A stretch of DNA of 64,000 bases from Planctomycetaceae bacterium (lineage in GTDB: Bacteria > Planctomycetota > Planctomycetia > Planctomycetales > Planctomycetaceae), in assembly GCA_020638955.1 (NCBI GenBank), contig JACKHO010000007.1, forward strand, positions 246,745-310,744, in the 5' to 3' direction. This document shows positions 9,612 to 19,378 of the stretch, in pieces; within the stretch, counting starts at the first letter, position 1; every line of letters begins with the position of its first letter. The translations under genes and the position numbers were made by a program. The notes under the pieces are model-generated. The model ran no database searches and had not been told where the DNA came from. It was given only the letters and a program-made list of their open reading frames with translations.

Positions 9612-9902
9612 GTGACAGCCGAATCAAATTCCTCCGAGAACGAACCAGCGGACGATGGCAAAACGCCAGACGATGCGCCCGATCCGGTGTGGCTTGTCCA
9701 ACTGGAATGGTACTTCATTTTCTTCATGATGTACTGTCTTTCCATTGGCCCGATGTACTGGAGATGGTACCTCGGCAAATTCACTTCAGCGGGATCGGAC
9801 TGGGTTGCCGTCTTTTACGAACCGCTGTGGCGTCTCGCCCAACTCATCCCACCCTTTGGCGTCTGGCTGGACGCGTACGTCCACTGGTGGATCTTGGGAT
9901 AG
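9612..9902 (+). CDS. Small hypothetical membrane protein.
   Basis: 96-aa ORF with two hydrophobic helices (YFIFFMMYCLSIGPMYW; LAQLIPPFGVWLDAYVHWWIL). Confidence 0.4.
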   Translation: MTAESNSSENEPADDGKTPDDAPDPVWLVQLEWYFIFFMMYCLSIGPMYWRWYLGKFTSAGSDWVAVFYEPLWRLAQLIPPFGVWLDAYVHWWILG

Positions 9903-9967
9903 CGGATGGAACCGGGGGATGGACTTCGATTTTCGGGCACTTACGTCCTGCAAACGACGTTCGGTGT

Positions 9968-10423
9968 TCACGACTTCGGTGGGAGGACGACGACGGTGAA
10001 GTAGAAGTTCGTAATGCCCTGGATAACGTGCAGGAACTGGTTGAAGTCGACCGGTTTGGTGGCGTAGGAGCTGCACTTGAGTTTGTACATGCTCAGTACG
10101 TCGTTCTCGTCGGAGGAGGTTGTGAGAATCATGACCGGAATTTGTTTCAGGTCGTCGTCTTTGACCAGTTCGGCAAGCACTTCCCGTCCATCCATAATGG
10201 GCATGTTCAGGTCCAGCAGAATGAGGTCCGGTGTGGGAACTTCGGAATAGCCCTCCTCCTTCCGGAGAAACTTCAGGCACTCTTCGCCGTTTTCGACGTG
10301 GTGCAGGTTCACGACGAGGCTCGATTTGTCAAAACCAATCCGGGTCAGTACGACGTCGTCTTCGTTGTCCTCGACCAGGAGAATTTCTGCTGGTCGACTG
10401 CCTCTCCCATCCATGACCTGCAT
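9968..10423 (-). CDS. Single-domain response regulator, CheY-like receiver.
   Basis: ILLVEDNEDD ... DLILLDLNMP ... the T-S-S and K-P receiver signatures. Confidence 0.85.
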   Translation of the reverse strand: MQVMDGRGSRPAEILLVEDNEDDVVLTRIGFDKSSLVVNLHHVENGEECLKFLRKEEGYSEVPTPDLILLDLNMPIMDGREVLAELVKDDDLKQIPVMILTTSSDENDVLSMYKLKCSSYATKPVDFNQFLHVIQGITNFYFTVVVLPPKS

Positions 10424-11002
10424 GCTGCCGCTCCACTGTTGTCGTTACTTAGAGGTCTCATCACTTGGAGGAAAGGGGAATTGTAAAATAGAACGTCGTT
10501 CCCTTACCGGGTTCCGATTCTAGCCAAATCCTCCCACCGTGGCGATTCACGATACGGCGGCAAACTGCCAGACCAATGCCGGTACCGGGGTACTTATCCT
10601 GGCCGTGCAGACGCCGAAAGATTTCGAAAATCTTCTCGTAATGTTTTTCGTCGATGCCAATGCCGTTGTCGCGCACCGAAATGGTCCACTCGATTCCGTT
10701 GGACTCCGCTGCAATGAAAACCTGGGGAGGGGCATCACCGTGATATTTCAGACCGTTACCAATGAGGTTCTGCAACAACTGCGACAATTGCGATTCATCT
10801 CCCATGACGGTTGGCAGTTCGCCATGCGTGACCTCGCCATCGGCGTCTCGAATTTCGGCGTACAGCAGCGTGATGACGTCATCGACGACGGCATTCAGGT
10901 TTGTCGGCTCGAACGGTCGCGACCGGGACTCGACACGTGCATAAGTCAGCAGATCATTAATCATGGCAATAATATACTTGACTCACCACACCTGTCAAGT
11001 AG

Positions 11003-11043
11003 CAATGAAACAAAACAGCCCACGCAGAGGTTTCTGCGTGGGC
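11003..11043 (-). terminator. Intrinsic terminator just inside the left inverted repeat of the IS1595 element.
   Basis: Hairpin GCCCACGCAGA-GGTT-TCTGCGTGGGC (11018-11043). On the minus strand it is followed by TGTTTTGTTTCATT. Confidence 0.5.
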
Positions 11044-11420
11044 CACACCACTAACGTGGGCGACGATTGGTTTTATTTCCCAAATACTGGGAATCGAAAC
11101 GGCTTTCCATCGCGTCGGCGAATGTACTTCCGTGCACGCCAATGCCACACGGTCCAGCACACAACCCAACGCACAATGCGCCGTTTCTTCGTTCGGACAT
11201 GAGAAGTACTCATTTCGTCCTCCGGAAAAAGGATTTGCAAAATTCCCCGGAGGAACTATTCTAGAACCTCCGGGGTGTCCAAGCACAAATGACGCTCGGT
11301 GATACTTGCGGCAGGGGAATAGCAGTCCCCTGTCGCTTTCTCTTTTCAGTATCTGGGCTCCGAGCCGACCGCCTCTATCTTCTCATGGGCACACCCTCCG
11401 TTGGTTTGTGAAAAACGGGA

Positions 11421-12047
11421 CTAAGTAGCTCGGTCAACGAATGAGTCGATGCTGCTGACTGGATTTTCACCGTCAAGCGTGCTTTCAGGAGGCTTTGTCG
11501 GTGAGAACGGGTTATTCACTGCATGCGGTGAGCCAATCGCTGTGTAACCCGCCCGCCTGGCTTTTGAGATGCGCCCTGCCTTCACAAGGTTGGAAAGGCT
11601 GGCGCTGACAGCACCGTTGAAGTTCTTGGCGTTGGAGTACACCTTTCCTGCGAGTGCCTTCGTTACTTCGGATAGCCGGAACACACGATTTGGCGCGCTG
11701 TTTATGAGTTCGGCAGCCGCCTCAAGAATTGTTGGGCGATCATCATCCGGTTGCGGTTGATCCGCGGCGGCTGGAGTAGGCGTCACATCATCAGCAGTGA
11801 GCCTGTCAAGATATTCAACTCGGCTCATGTTGGTGACTCGTTCGGCCATTCGCTCCACAGCGGAAATCTGTGCCTCAATCTCCGCCACCCGCTTCTTGGC
11901 ATCGTTCAAGTCAAATCGTAGGACCTCGACTACATCCGCAATTGTCACTGATTTCGCTTGATTTTTGTCAGACATTTCAGTACCTTGGCGCGTAAGAATA
12001 GCGTTGCCCCGCATATCGCGGCGTTTCGTTGTTCGGATTGAAGCCAC
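11421..12047 (-). CDS. Passenger gene of the IS1595 element: 208-aa hypothetical protein with a coiled-coil N-terminus and a possible winged-helix-like C-terminus.
   Basis: Lies inside the inverted repeats, downstream of the transposase and on the same strand. GGAG sits 4-7 nt upstream of the ATG at 12047. I recognise no family. Confidence 0.55.
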   Translation of the reverse strand: MASIRTTKRRDMRGNAILTRQGTEMSDKNQAKSVTIADVVEVLRFDLNDAKKRVAEIEAQISAVERMAERVTNMSRVEYLDRLTADDVTPTPAAADQPQPDDDRPTILEAAAELINSAPNRVFRLSEVTKALAGKVYSNAKNFNGAVSASLSNLVKAGRISKARRAGYTAIGSPHAVNNPFSPTKPPESTLDGENPVSSIDSFVDRAT

Positions 12048-12349
12048 TCTGGAGACGAATCTTGCCGGATTACTCCACAGTGGCTCGTTTTATAGGGTAC
12101 AACCCACAAGTACACAATCACAATCCAAAGGATTTCGGACGGATTCGGGAAATAGTTGATGCTGTGTACCACATCGTGAGTTTGCAATGCCGCCAAGACA
12201 TGCCAAAGACTCGCCTAAATCGCACCCATTTGATGCGGTTCCAGAGTTCCGGAAAGCACTTAATTGCCTAGCGAAAGTGCCAAAAAGCGAGATAGAGAAG
12301 AGGGAACAGGAACTGAAACAGCCTCGCAAGCCAGCGAGTGATTAGCTAA

Positions 12350-13315
12350 CTATCTGTTCAGTTCAACCAAATCGGTGTATGTGAGCCTATTGCCAACAAC
12401 ACCGGCCATCGCCACGTCAAAACGCTCGCCGTCCGAAAGCTTGCGTTCATTGAATCGAAAGACTTGCTCGTCAACATACCGGCACAAGTGCCACGGCATG
12501 ACGCTGATGTAAGTTCCGTTCAAGCATCGCTTTAGCAGGCTCCAGAAGTTCTCCATCCCATTGGTGTGCACATCACCACGGACATACTCCTTTGCGTGGT
12601 CAACGGTGTCGTGAAGGTATTCGTCTTCCAGCCCTTCGTAGGACCGTAGTGCGTCTGTGTAAATACTTGCACCAGCCTCCACAGAAGCCCGCACATTTGG
12701 TTGTAGCGTCTTGCGTTTGGAATCCTGGACAACGCCTGCGATGACCATACCTCCCCGCTGCAAAACCCCCTGCACAATCGTTTTGCCAACAGCTCCGCGA
12801 CCTTTGATTTTTCTGGCACGCTCGGCTTTATGCATGTTCTTCGCCTTGCCGCCAACGAAGGTTTCGTCGGCTTCTACAGTTCCAGACAGCTTTCCTGAGA
12901 AGTTGCCAGCCGACAATGCAACACGAATACGGTGAAGCATGTGCCACGCGCTCTTCTGTGTGATCCCCAGTGCCCGGCTGAGTTCGTAGCTGCTTATGCC
13001 GTTCTTGGCCGAAGTTATGCACCACACAGCCACAAACCACTTGTCGAGCCCCAACGGGCTGTCTTCAAATATTGTGCCCACTTTGTAGCTGAACTGCTTA
13101 CGGCAGCCCTTGCATCGAAGCATCTTGCGAGTTTTGATTTCGCCGATTCGCTGTCCGCCACACTTTGGGCACGCAATAGCACCGTCAGGCCATTTGATGC
13201 CCTTCATGTACTCGTTGCAGCGGTCCAGATCGGAGAAGAACCGAACAGCTTCAATCAGTGTCTTTGGTGTGGCGTCCATCGTGCTGGCTCCGGGTTTGTT
13301 CTCGGTACAGCACAA
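12350..13315 (-). CDS. IS1595-family (ISXO2-like) DDE transposase.
   Basis: N-terminal zinc ribbon CPKCGG...CKGCRKQF, then the DDE_Tnp_IS1595-like core (DETFVGG ... YTDALRSY ... HTNGMENFWSLLKR). Confidence 0.9.
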   Translation of the reverse strand: MCCTENKPGASTMDATPKTLIEAVRFFSDLDRCNEYMKGIKWPDGAIACPKCGGQRIGEIKTRKMLRCKGCRKQFSYKVGTIFEDSPLGLDKWFVAVWCITSAKNGISSYELSRALGITQKSAWHMLHRIRVALSAGNFSGKLSGTVEADETFVGGKAKNMHKAERARKIKGRGAVGKTIVQGVLQRGGMVIAGVVQDSKRKTLQPNVRASVEAGASIYTDALRSYEGLEDEYLHDTVDHAKEYVRGDVHTNGMENFWSLLKRCLNGTYISVMPWHLCRYVDEQVFRFNERKLSDGERFDVAMAGVVGNRLTYTDLVELNR

Positions 13316-14712
13316 TTCTAGCTCTACCCCATTGGTGAGTCAAGTATATTATTGCCTTAATCATGGTCTGCATACGTTTGCAGCCGTTGACAATCCGGTC
13401 GATTTGGTCGTCCGCGTTCTGGTCGAGTTTCCCCCGATAGTCCTGCTTCAGGAATTGAGCAAAACCAGCGACCGCCCGTAGCGGCGACTGCAGGTCATGC
13501 GAGGCAATGTAGGCGAACTGTTGCAGTTCCATGTTGCTCTGTTCGAGAAACTCATTCTTCTCGTGCAGTTCGCGCGTCATTTCCATGACGCGGTCATTCA
13601 GGCTGGTACTCAGTTGCTTCAGGTTCTTCGTAAAATCGGCAAGTGCCTGTTGCTCGCGCATTTCCGTGAGGACAACAAACCAAAGTGCCACGCCGTATGC
13701 CATGAGCCGCAGCAAGTGCCAGCCCCACCAGGGTAAATCCCACAACTGCGACTGCTCGAACATGACCGCCGCCGCGCCGAACAGCGAACAGTGGAGAAAG
13801 AACAGCAAGTCATCGACGTTTTTGGTCTGACGGTAGGTGGTTACCAATCGTACCGCGGCGGCAATGAGGAGTACTCCACCCACAACATTGAGACTCTTGG
13901 CCCACAGGCTGAAGACCTTCTCCCCCTGCTCGTTGACGAACAACATGCGAGGAGTTGCGCCGGGATACGCCAGTGACAGAATGCCGAACAGAAAAACGAC
14001 ACCAAATACTGCCCAAGGCCACCACGCCAATAAGCGTCGCCCCCAGCTCTTGGGCACCCAAACCATTGCAAACAGTACGCCGCCGACAAATGTCGCAGTG
14101 CTATGCAGCCAGACGAATTCCTGGCCAGCGTAGACGAGCGCATGCAGGCCATCGAGCAGCCCCATGCCAATCATGGCCCCGGCAATCCAGACGTTATAGC
14201 TCGTTCCCGCGTTCCGCCATTCCAGAGACAACAGCATCCACGCGACCCAGACGGCAATAAGTCCGCCGGACATCTCCACGGCAGCATGGACTGGATGATG
14301 TGGCCAACGCCACTCGCGCATGAGGGTATGCCCCAGAATCAGGCACACCACGTGAATAACGAGACTGACGCCAATGACCACCCACAAAGTCCGCCCCAGG
14401 CGTGGGGGAGGGCGAACGACGACATCAATCCCCAACGGCAGAGCAGCCGCCGGAAGTGGTTGCCGTTCACTGTCAGTGTGTGGCACGGAGTCGTTCATTG
14501 GAAGTGAAAGCCAACTGACGTGGTGGGCCAGTAGCCGTTCCAAGTGCCCCTCCCTGTGGGGCCGCGGAACCTGCCGCTGCATCCCCTTCGTCTGCCAGAG
14601 AACTCGAGCAAACAGATTGTTTCACAGAACCTCTCGCCATTACTGCAAAGATTCCATGAAACGCTCTGTTCCGACTTTCGCATCGAAGCGTGCTGGTGTC
14701 AAGCCCTTGCGG

Positions 14713-15636
14713 TTACAGCAGTGCACTCAATTGATCGATGTATTTCGGAATTTCCGTGCGGGGATCTTCCTTCTCTTCGTACTCAAGTACCACGTAGCCG
14801 CGGTAGCCAGCCGACTTGAGCATGTTGACCACCCGTTTCAAATCGGTCGGTTCCTTCTCGCCACCATTCGGTGACACAGCGACTTTGATTTGAGCATTGA
14901 CCGCGAGTGGGGCAATCCGTTCGAGGTCGCGGTAGGGATCATCGGTGCGGAAGTTGCCGCTGTCGAAGTTGATGCCGAACCAGGGTGACGGAGTGACCCG
15001 TTCGACAATTCCGAGGAGTTGATCCGGCGTCGATGTGATTCCGCCGTGGTTTTCCAGGGCGAGCACCACACCTTTCGTAGCGGCGTACGCAACCGACTCA
15101 TTGATTCCCTCAGCACAGCGCTCCAGTGCGACCTCTTCGGCTTCCCCCTTCGGAGTTTTGCCAGCGAAAATTCGAATCACCGGGGCGCCCATGAACGCGG
15201 CGTAATCAATCCAGTCGCGCGTCATTTTCAATTGTTCATCCCGCTGCGGTCCGGGAGCGACGCAGAAATCATTGCCAATGGCGGTGCCGGAAATGTCGAG
15301 ACCTGACAGAAAGGTTCGCTCTTTGATTTTCAGCAGGTACTCGTCGGTCACATTGGCCGGGAAGTAGTAACTCGTCAGTTCGGTGCCAGCGAGTCCCAAC
15401 TCGGCGCAGTAGTCGATGAAGTCGAACAGCGTCATTTTTCCCGGCTCGTCCTGCTCGGGGCGTCGTGCCAACTGACGATTAAAGGAATACGCGGCCAGCG
15501 ACAGTTTCATCGGTCCGGTTCCTTTGCGAACCGCCGGAATGTCGCCAATCCCTCCCTGCTGGGCGACCGCTGCACCACCCACTGCCAGGCTTGCGGAGGC
15601 CGCAGCTGCGGCCATGAACTCACGTCGCGAAATCAT
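14713..15636 (-). CDS. Sugar phosphate isomerase/epimerase (xylose isomerase-like TIM barrel) with a TAT signal.
   Basis: MISRREFMAAAAASASLAVGGAAVAQQ twin-arginine signal. Remaining sequence is TIM-barrel AP-endonuclease/XylA-like (VLALENHGG...). Confidence 0.8.
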   Translation of the reverse strand: MISRREFMAAAAASASLAVGGAAVAQQGGIGDIPAVRKGTGPMKLSLAAYSFNRQLARRPEQDEPGKMTLFDFIDYCAELGLAGTELTSYYFPANVTDEYLLKIKERTFLSGLDISGTAIGNDFCVAPGPQRDEQLKMTRDWIDYAAFMGAPVIRIFAGKTPKGEAEEVALERCAEGINESVAYAATKGVVLALENHGGITSTPDQLLGIVERVTPSPWFGINFDSGNFRTDDPYRDLERIAPLAVNAQIKVAVSPNGGEKEPTDLKRVVNMLKSAGYRGYVVLEYEEKEDPRTEIPKYIDQLSALL

Positions 15637-15906
15637 CCTGTGTACTCCCCTGCTGTTACGTAACCTCAACCAGTGTCTACAGCTTGGTGATTCGACACAG
15701 AAAAATCCAGCGACGTCAACGCAACGCAGGCTCATCGAAACTTTACGGCACGTGCAGATTGTGCCGAATTTCAGCCGAACGTGAGCAGCGGTCGCGAATC
15801 CCGGTTAAGTTTCTGTTGTTGTTGGCTTGTCACCCGTTGCTCCATTCGATATTTTCCCTTCCGCAATGGCACCGGTGTCCCCGCAAGGCGCTGGATGTTG
15901 TTAGCC

Positions 15907-15980
<74 letters not shown>

Positions 15981-16200
15981 CTTCTTTTCCCCTCACCCGG
16001 CATTGCTCTTCTGAGGGATGGGCTGAATCCGCAAGACGTTTCCTTGTGGTCGTTCTCTATTCGCCAGCGGAAATGCTGTAGATCCTCACCCGAGATTCTC
16101 CCCGACATTGGCCGAACGATCCCACGGTGGCATTCGAATGGCCGTAAGCGGTACTCTTGTTTCATCAACAGTTGCCAATTTGATGAGAGTAAGGACTGCC

Positions 16201-17700
16201 ATGCCCCGACGATTTTTGCCTGTGCTGCTCTGTTCGCTGATGCTGGGACTATCTGCGACTTTACATGCGGCTGATCGACCGAACTTTCTGTTTATTCTGG
16301 TCGATGATCAATCGCCCTTCGATTTGAAGACATACACGCCGGACTCTCCCCTCGACACGCCGAATATCGACCGGCTCGCTGCGAATGGGATGGTGTTTGA
16401 TACCGCCCATCACATGGGGTCGTGGTCTGGCGCTGTTTGTACGCCGTCGCGTCACATGATTATGAGCGGCCGGACCGTGTGGCACATTCCTGGACAAGGG
16501 CGTAAGAACTCGCCAAATCCAAATAGTGCGAACCCCCAGCTTGTGCCGCCCGATTTGCCGCAGCAGACCATGGGGGCAGTTTTCAACCGTGCCGGGTACG
16601 ACACCATGCGGACCTGCAAGAAGGGGAACAGCTATGCGGCGGCCAACCAGTTGTTTACCGTTGTGCACGAAGCGAGCAAACGGGGCGGCACTGATGAAAC
16701 GGGCAGTGCATGGCATGCGGAACGCGTGCTGGATTATTTGAATGATCGAGAGTCGAGCAAAGATGAAGACCCGTTCCTCATCTACTTCGGCTTCTCACAT
16801 CCTCACGACACGCGCGATGGCAAACCGGAACTGCTGGCGAAGTACGGGGCGGTGAACCACGCCGACAAAGAGACGCTGCCGCCTGCGAATCCCAAGCAGC
16901 CTCCCCTGCCGCCGAATTATCTTTTGGAACATCCCTTCCATCACGGCCATCCTGGCTTGCGCGACGAAGTTGCCGTCAGCGGAGTATGGGAGCGACGGGA
17001 CGAAGTCACCATTCGAAACGAAATTGGACGCCAGTTTGCCTGCAGCGAGAACATCGATATCCAAATTGGTCGCGTGCTGCAGAAACTCGAAGCGATGGGG
17101 GAACTCGACAACACGTACATCATTTACACCTCAGACCACGGTATGGCCATTGGTCGTCATGGCTTACAGGGGAAACAGAATTTGTACGAGCACACCTGGC
17201 GTGTGCCGTTCATCATCAGTGGACCTGGAATCCCACACGGAAAACGAGTGCCCGGCAACATCTACCTGCTCGACGTCCTCCCGACGTTGTGTGACCTGGC
17301 TGGCATCGAAATCCCAGCAACCGTTGAGGGCAAGAGCTTTCGACCAGTGCTGGAAGGGAAGCAGCAAACGGTTCGTGAAGTGCTCTACGGCGCGTACTGC
17401 GGCGGGACCAAACCGGGGCTACGCTGCGTGAAGAAGGGAGACTGGAAGCTCATTAAGTACGACGTCATGGATGGTGCGGTTCACGAAACCCAGTTGTTCA
17501 ACCTCGCAGAGAATCCACACGAATACCTCGCGCAGCACCAGCGGCCTCACGTCCTGCAGACGAATCTGGCCGACAACCCGGCTTTTGCCAAACAGCGGGC
17601 CGAACTCGAAGCCTTGCTGTTGGAAGAAATGCGACGATTGGATGATCCTTACCTGCTGTGGGATCAACCAATCGAAGACGCTGCGGACGACAAGAAATGA
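16201..17700 (+). CDS. Cys-type sulfatase (arylsulfatase family), secreted.
   Basis: Signal peptide MPRRFLPVLLCSLMLGLSATLHA. LFILVDDQ ... CTPSRHMIMSG (C-x-P-x-R formylglycine motif) ... SDHGM. Confidence 0.85.
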   Translation: MPRRFLPVLLCSLMLGLSATLHAADRPNFLFILVDDQSPFDLKTYTPDSPLDTPNIDRLAANGMVFDTAHHMGSWSGAVCTPSRHMIMSGRTVWHIPGQGRKNSPNPNSANPQLVPPDLPQQTMGAVFNRAGYDTMRTCKKGNSYAAANQLFTVVHEASKRGGTDETGSAWHAERVLDYLNDRESSKDEDPFLIYFGFSHPHDTRDGKPELLAKYGAVNHADKETLPPANPKQPPLPPNYLLEHPFHHGHPGLRDEVAVSGVWERRDEVTIRNEIGRQFACSENIDIQIGRVLQKLEAMGELDNTYIIYTSDHGMAIGRHGLQGKQNLYEHTWRVPFIISGPGIPHGKRVPGNIYLLDVLPTLCDLAGIEIPATVEGKSFRPVLEGKQQTVREVLYGAYCGGTKPGLRCVKKGDWKLIKYDVMDGAVHETQLFNLAENPHEYLAQHQRPHVLQTNLADNPAFAKQRAELEALLLEEMRRLDDPYLLWDQPIEDAADDKK

Positions 17701-19370
17701 TTCGTCAGCCTCGTTGCGTCAATTGGGATTTTGGTCAGAGTGCCGCCGTATTTCTCGTTTACTCGACGATTCTCGTCGGCCATGCATTCGGCGCCGAAAC
17801 CTCGCCGCCGAACGTGTTGTTCATTCTGGCCGATGACCTCGGCTATGGAGATTTGGCGTGCTACGGCAATCCCGTCGTTGAAACGTCCGCCATTGACTCG
17901 TTGGCACGAAGCGGTGCGAGGCTCACTCAGCATTATGCGCCATCGCCACTTTGCGCCCCGTCTCGGGCGGGGTATTTGACCGGTCGGTTTAACCATCGGA
18001 CCGGCGCTGTAGATGTTCCGAGTAACCGGGGGCTCGACCGTATTGCCCTTTCGGAACTCACATTCGGCGACTACTTTCGCCACGCCGGTTACCGCACCGC
18101 ACTCATTGGGAAATGGCACAACGGTCTGTACTGCCGCGACTATTTGCCGCACCACCGCGGGTTTGATTTGTTCTTCGGCTTCCCCAACGGCGGACAGGAT
18201 TACTGGAAATGGAACTTGTTGCGGAATGACATCCATGTCCCGCACGATGGACGTTACCTGACCGACGCCTTCAACGATGAAGCCATTGAATTCGTTACGC
18301 GGTGCTCGAAAGGGAAACAGCCGTTTGCGTTGTTCCTGGCCCATCACACACCGCACATGCCGTTTCAGGCTCCCGAGCCTCTTGTGGAGAAGTATCGCCA
18401 GAAGCTTGGTGATGCGTCCCTCGATAACGTCGCCATCATTTACGCCATGATTGAAGCCATGGACCTGGGACTCGCGCGACTGTTTCAGAAGCTCGATGAA
18501 TTGGGAATCCGCGACGACACCATTGTCGTGTTCACCAGCGACAACGGCGCTCAGTTTGGGAAAGTTGATGGTCTGACAACGCAGCGGTTCCACGCTGGGC
18601 TCTCGGGCAACAAGGGTGATGTCGGCGAGCAAGGAATTCGGGTTCCGGCCATTGTGTCGTGGCCGGGGCACATCCCGAGTGAGCGGGTCATCGACACACC
18701 CCTTCACGGATGCGACTGGTTGCCCACGTTATTCGCGCTGACCGGAAGTAAACTTCCACCCAAAGCGAAGCCATTCGACGGACGAAATGTTCTCCCGATT
18801 CTCCGCGGCGAATCAGATTCACAAATGCTTGAATGGCCGCTCTACTTTCAAAAGAACCGCTACCTGCCGGTCGAACATAGCGATGCGGCCATTCGACAGG
18901 GAAAGTGGAAACTCGTCTGGCCGGGCATCTCCAGCACCATGCGGAAGGATTCTGGCCGCGACAATCCTTCGTACCTGCGTGGCATTACGAATCCACACTG
19001 GGAAATGCCCCTCGACCGCGAACTGGCCGAACCGGACGAGAGCGATGCCCCCAGACCAAAATTGTTCAACCTGAATGTTGATCCCGCTGAACGCTTCGAT
19101 GTCGCGTCACAGCATCCTGAAATGGTGCATCGGCTCAGCAGCGAATACGACGCCTGGTTCGCTGAAGTCATGTATGAGTGGCAGATGTCGCGACAGGAAA
19201 TCCTGGAACATGACCGCACGTATTGGAACGACCGTACGTCGCCCGATCCACGAGCATTGTTCGACGACTATTGGCTCTGGCGAGACGCGCCGGCGGGAGC
19301 AAATCCTCAGACGACCGATCCGCTGAAGGTGTTTCGCGGATACTGGTCGAATGAGGAAATGTCGCGGTAA
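17697..19370 (+). CDS. Second Cys-type sulfatase, translationally coupled (ATGA overlap) to the upstream sulfatase.
   Basis: VLFILADDLGYGD ... CAPSRAGYLTGR ... HTPHMP ... SDNG. Confidence 0.85.
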   Translation: MIRQPRCVNWDFGQSAAVFLVYSTILVGHAFGAETSPPNVLFILADDLGYGDLACYGNPVVETSAIDSLARSGARLTQHYAPSPLCAPSRAGYLTGRFNHRTGAVDVPSNRGLDRIALSELTFGDYFRHAGYRTALIGKWHNGLYCRDYLPHHRGFDLFFGFPNGGQDYWKWNLLRNDIHVPHDGRYLTDAFNDEAIEFVTRCSKGKQPFALFLAHHTPHMPFQAPEPLVEKYRQKLGDASLDNVAIIYAMIEAMDLGLARLFQKLDELGIRDDTIVVFTSDNGAQFGKVDGLTTQRFHAGLSGNKGDVGEQGIRVPAIVSWPGHIPSERVIDTPLHGCDWLPTLFALTGSKLPPKAKPFDGRNVLPILRGESDSQMLEWPLYFQKNRYLPVEHSDAAIRQGKWKLVWPGISSTMRKDSGRDNPSYLRGITNPHWEMPLDRELAEPDESDAPRPKLFNLNVDPAERFDVASQHPEMVHRLSSEYDAWFAEVMYEWQMSRQEILEHDRTYWNDRTSPDPRALFDDYWLWRDAPAGANPQTTDPLKVFRGYWSNEEMSR

Positions 19371-19378
19371 TTCACCGA

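Larger units (their letters stand above)
10965..13356 (-). mobile_element. IS1595-family insertion sequence (2392 bp) carrying a passenger gene.
   Basis: Perfect 23-bp terminal inverted repeats GGCAATAATATACTTGACTCACC (10965-10987; reverse complement at 13334-13356). The 8-bp direct target duplication TTAATCAT lies at 10957-10964 and 13357-13364. The transposase has the IS1595-type zinc ribbon plus DDE domain. Confidence 0.9.
10461..14582 (-). pseudogene. Sensor histidine kinase gene disrupted by an IS1595-family insertion. The 5' part (13357-14582) holds the membrane sensor and HisKA domain; the 3' part (10461-10964) holds the HATPase_c domain.
   Basis: The upstream piece ends ...FAYIASHDLQSPLRAVAGF...NGCKRMQTMI and then reads into the IS inverted repeat. 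The downstream piece begins MINDLLTYARVESRS... with the ATP-binding N, G1 and G2 boxes (NLIGNGLKY, DNGIGID, GTGIGL). The two pieces join seamlessly as ...RMQTMINDLLTYA... across the 8-bp target duplication. Confidence 0.85.

Noticed and set aside
9689-10486. 265-aa plus-strand ORF.
   Set aside because: Antisense to the response-regulator gene and part of the histidine kinase fragment. It has no recognisable features.
10957-11286. 109-aa minus-strand ORF crossing the left inverted repeat of the IS1595 element.
   Set aside because: It runs through the inverted repeat and the target duplication into the kinase fragment, and it overlaps the hairpin-rich region. It is most likely an artefact of the open frame.
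17664-18707. 347-aa minus-strand ORF.
   Set aside because: Antisense to the second sulfatase, which has strong family motifs on the plus strand.
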